A stretch of DNA of 64,000 nt from Octopus vulgaris (Eukaryota), in the NCBI GenBank assembly GCA_951406725.2, contig OX597816.1, forward strand, positions 140,182,001-140,246,000. The letters are read 5' to 3'. This document shows positions 62,093 through 64,000 of this stretch, piece after piece. A program made the translations under genes and the position numbers. Each line of letters begins with the position of its first letter. The stretch's first letter is position 1. The notes below the pieces were generated by a model. The model saw only the letters and a list, made by a program, of their open reading frames with translations, made no database searches and was not told the origin of the DNA.

Positions 62093-62807
62093 GTAAGAAT
62101 GATTTATTATTTCTATATAAACATATACGGAGAGCTGGCAGAATCGTTAGCACGCCTGGCAAATGCTTAGCGGCATTTCGTCCGCCATTACGTTCTGTGT
62201 TCAAATTCCACCGTGGTCGACTTTACCTTTCATCCTTTCGGAGTCGATGAAATAAGTACCAGTTACGAACTGGGGTCGATGTAATCGACTAGCTTCCTCC
62301 CCCAATATTTCAAGCCTTATGTCTATAGGAGAATGAATTATTTCTATACAAACAACTATCAAGGAGACACTTGTTAATATTATTTCAGATAAACTTATAT
62401 ACTTACACAATACTATTGGTTACAGTGTTTACAACAAGGGTCATGAAATTCTTTTTATGATAGCCCACTTTTAAGTTTTCTCCACATTTTCACATGGCAC
62501 CACATATGTATATGTCATACATACATAAAAATATGCTCATGAGTTCCCAACCATATCCATTGCTAGTAATGTTTAAATAAGCAAAAGTTAAAGTAATCGG
62601 CAGGCAAAAAGATATCAACCAACTGTTCAATGGTCCACAGAGAACATGCCAGGAAACACCTGTGTGTGTGTATACGAGTCTGTGTGTGTGTGTGTGTGTG
62701 CGTGTGTGTGTGAGTGTGTGTGCACGCTATGCATATATATACATACATTCATTCATACATACATACATACATACATACATACATACATACATACATACAT
62801 ACATACA

Positions 62808-62838
<31 letters not shown>

Positions 62839-64000
62839 GTCAGGTCACTTATGAGGCTCTCATAAGTGCTACTGGTAACATGGAATCCAGTACAACCTAT
62901 TGCATGCAACTAAACTGGCACCTCCACCAGGCTATCCTTGTGAGTGGGGTTGCTAGAAATCCAGCAGGATTAAAAACAAGACCTCTTGAAAGGTCGGATG
63001 AACCTAGTGCAGGCTCAACGGCTATCTAACAATAGCACGGGTACGCAGAAATTCCGGGATGGTGGCCGGCGTGCTGAAAGACCACTGGGAGTGAGGCACC
63101 CCTCAGCTTTTGTTAAAGCATGTCTCTCGGAGAAGGTCACTCTAATATAAAACCAGATATGCAAGGGATGACATTGAACATTTTGGGGATCTTTGGTTTG
63201 TGCTAGAGATCATGGCGCTCCCACATCCCTGAGCCTGCAACTCATATTGGCACCAGGCATCTTGTTCCGGCTTGTCTCTGGAGAATGTCAATAAATTTGA
63301 GAGGGTATGTGAGGTGACGTGCAAGCCTTATTGCTCAATATGTGTCTTTCCCCCCACCCTCTATATATTTATTTATGTGGCGATGGGAAGGTGGTGAAGC
63401 ATGCAGACCTGACGGGCTGGAAGCATGTAGTCAACGACCTGCACGTAGGCGGCCCATGCTAGATATAAAGTCGTCTCCTTGTAGCCCAAGACAGCGGTAG
63501 GATTCGGTTGCTGCATGGGTGTCTGAGCAGCTCCATTTGGAGAGGGCACTGCTCACTCGAAGACCGGGGAGTTTCTTGAAAAGGTGAACCAAAAAATTGT
63601 CTGTCTTTCTATATCTGGTCAGTTTAGCACAAATGATGGATGTCCACCCTGCGCTTGAGAAACAAAGAGACTTTTATTTACAAAATCTGGATGGAACTTG
63701 AACATTTCATGTTAGAATGTGCGCACTCTGTTGGATAACAAAAGTGATTGTAGGCATGAAAGACGCACTACACTTGCTTCTCGCGAGTTGAACTGTTATA
63801 ACATTGATATAGCTGCACCTTCAGAGACTCGTATAGAATGTGATGGTCAGATTGAGGAAGTAGGAAGTGGATACACTTTTTTTTAAGGGGAGGCAGAAGA
63901 GGGAGCAGAGAGAGGTTGGTGTTGGCTTTGCAGTTCGATCTGATACCCTTAAGAAGTTGGAGGAGCTTCCTGTTCCTATAAACGAACGTCTAATGACTCT
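62839..64000 (+). mobile_element. 5' part of the intronic RTE LINE, copy 2
   Basis: Duplicate of 29527-30688. Confidence 0.85.

Larger units (their letters stand above)
52283..64000 (+). repeat. Segmental tandem duplication, copy 2 (continues beyond the window)
   Basis: Begins ctgatggccttgt.tcaaagtagaaag as at 19521 and is colinear to the window end (matches 30688). Includes the same LINE, Tc1 relic, SINEs, MITE and RTE 5' end. Confidence 0.95.

Overview
AT-rich, microsatellite- and transposon-dense animal genomic DNA; the repeat make-up looks like an octopus or other cephalopod (inference). The main gene is a + strand, four-coding-exon secreted tyrosinase-family (type-3 copper) gene: CDS 28381-28704, 33802-33914, 35714-37317, 38911-39098, 742 aa when spliced. 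Its layout is signal peptide / short Cys-containing N-terminal region / CuA+CuB tyrosinase domain / Cys-rich domain / Thr-Pro mucin stalk / basic Cys-rich chitin-binding (CBM14)-like tail. The locus is tandemly duplicated with a ~33 kb period: 19521-30688 recurs at 52283-64000 and runs off the window. The copies are about 99.5% identical in non-coding DNA by eye, but coding exon 1 differs by 12 substitutions, all in amino-acid-changing codons, plus a codon indel; most fall in a 36-bp patch just after the signal peptide. Copy 2 also has a ~1.1 kb palindrome just upstream of its putative promoter. The rest is TEs: (TAA)n-targeting R4/Dong-like RLE retrotransposons in same-orientation stacks, RTE LINEs with C2H2 tails, a CR1-group LINE sharing a 3' stem-loop with local SINEs, a Penelope-like element, mariner/Tc1 relics, MITEs and many SINEs. 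A duplicated 30-nt candidate microexon in the left part hints at another gene.
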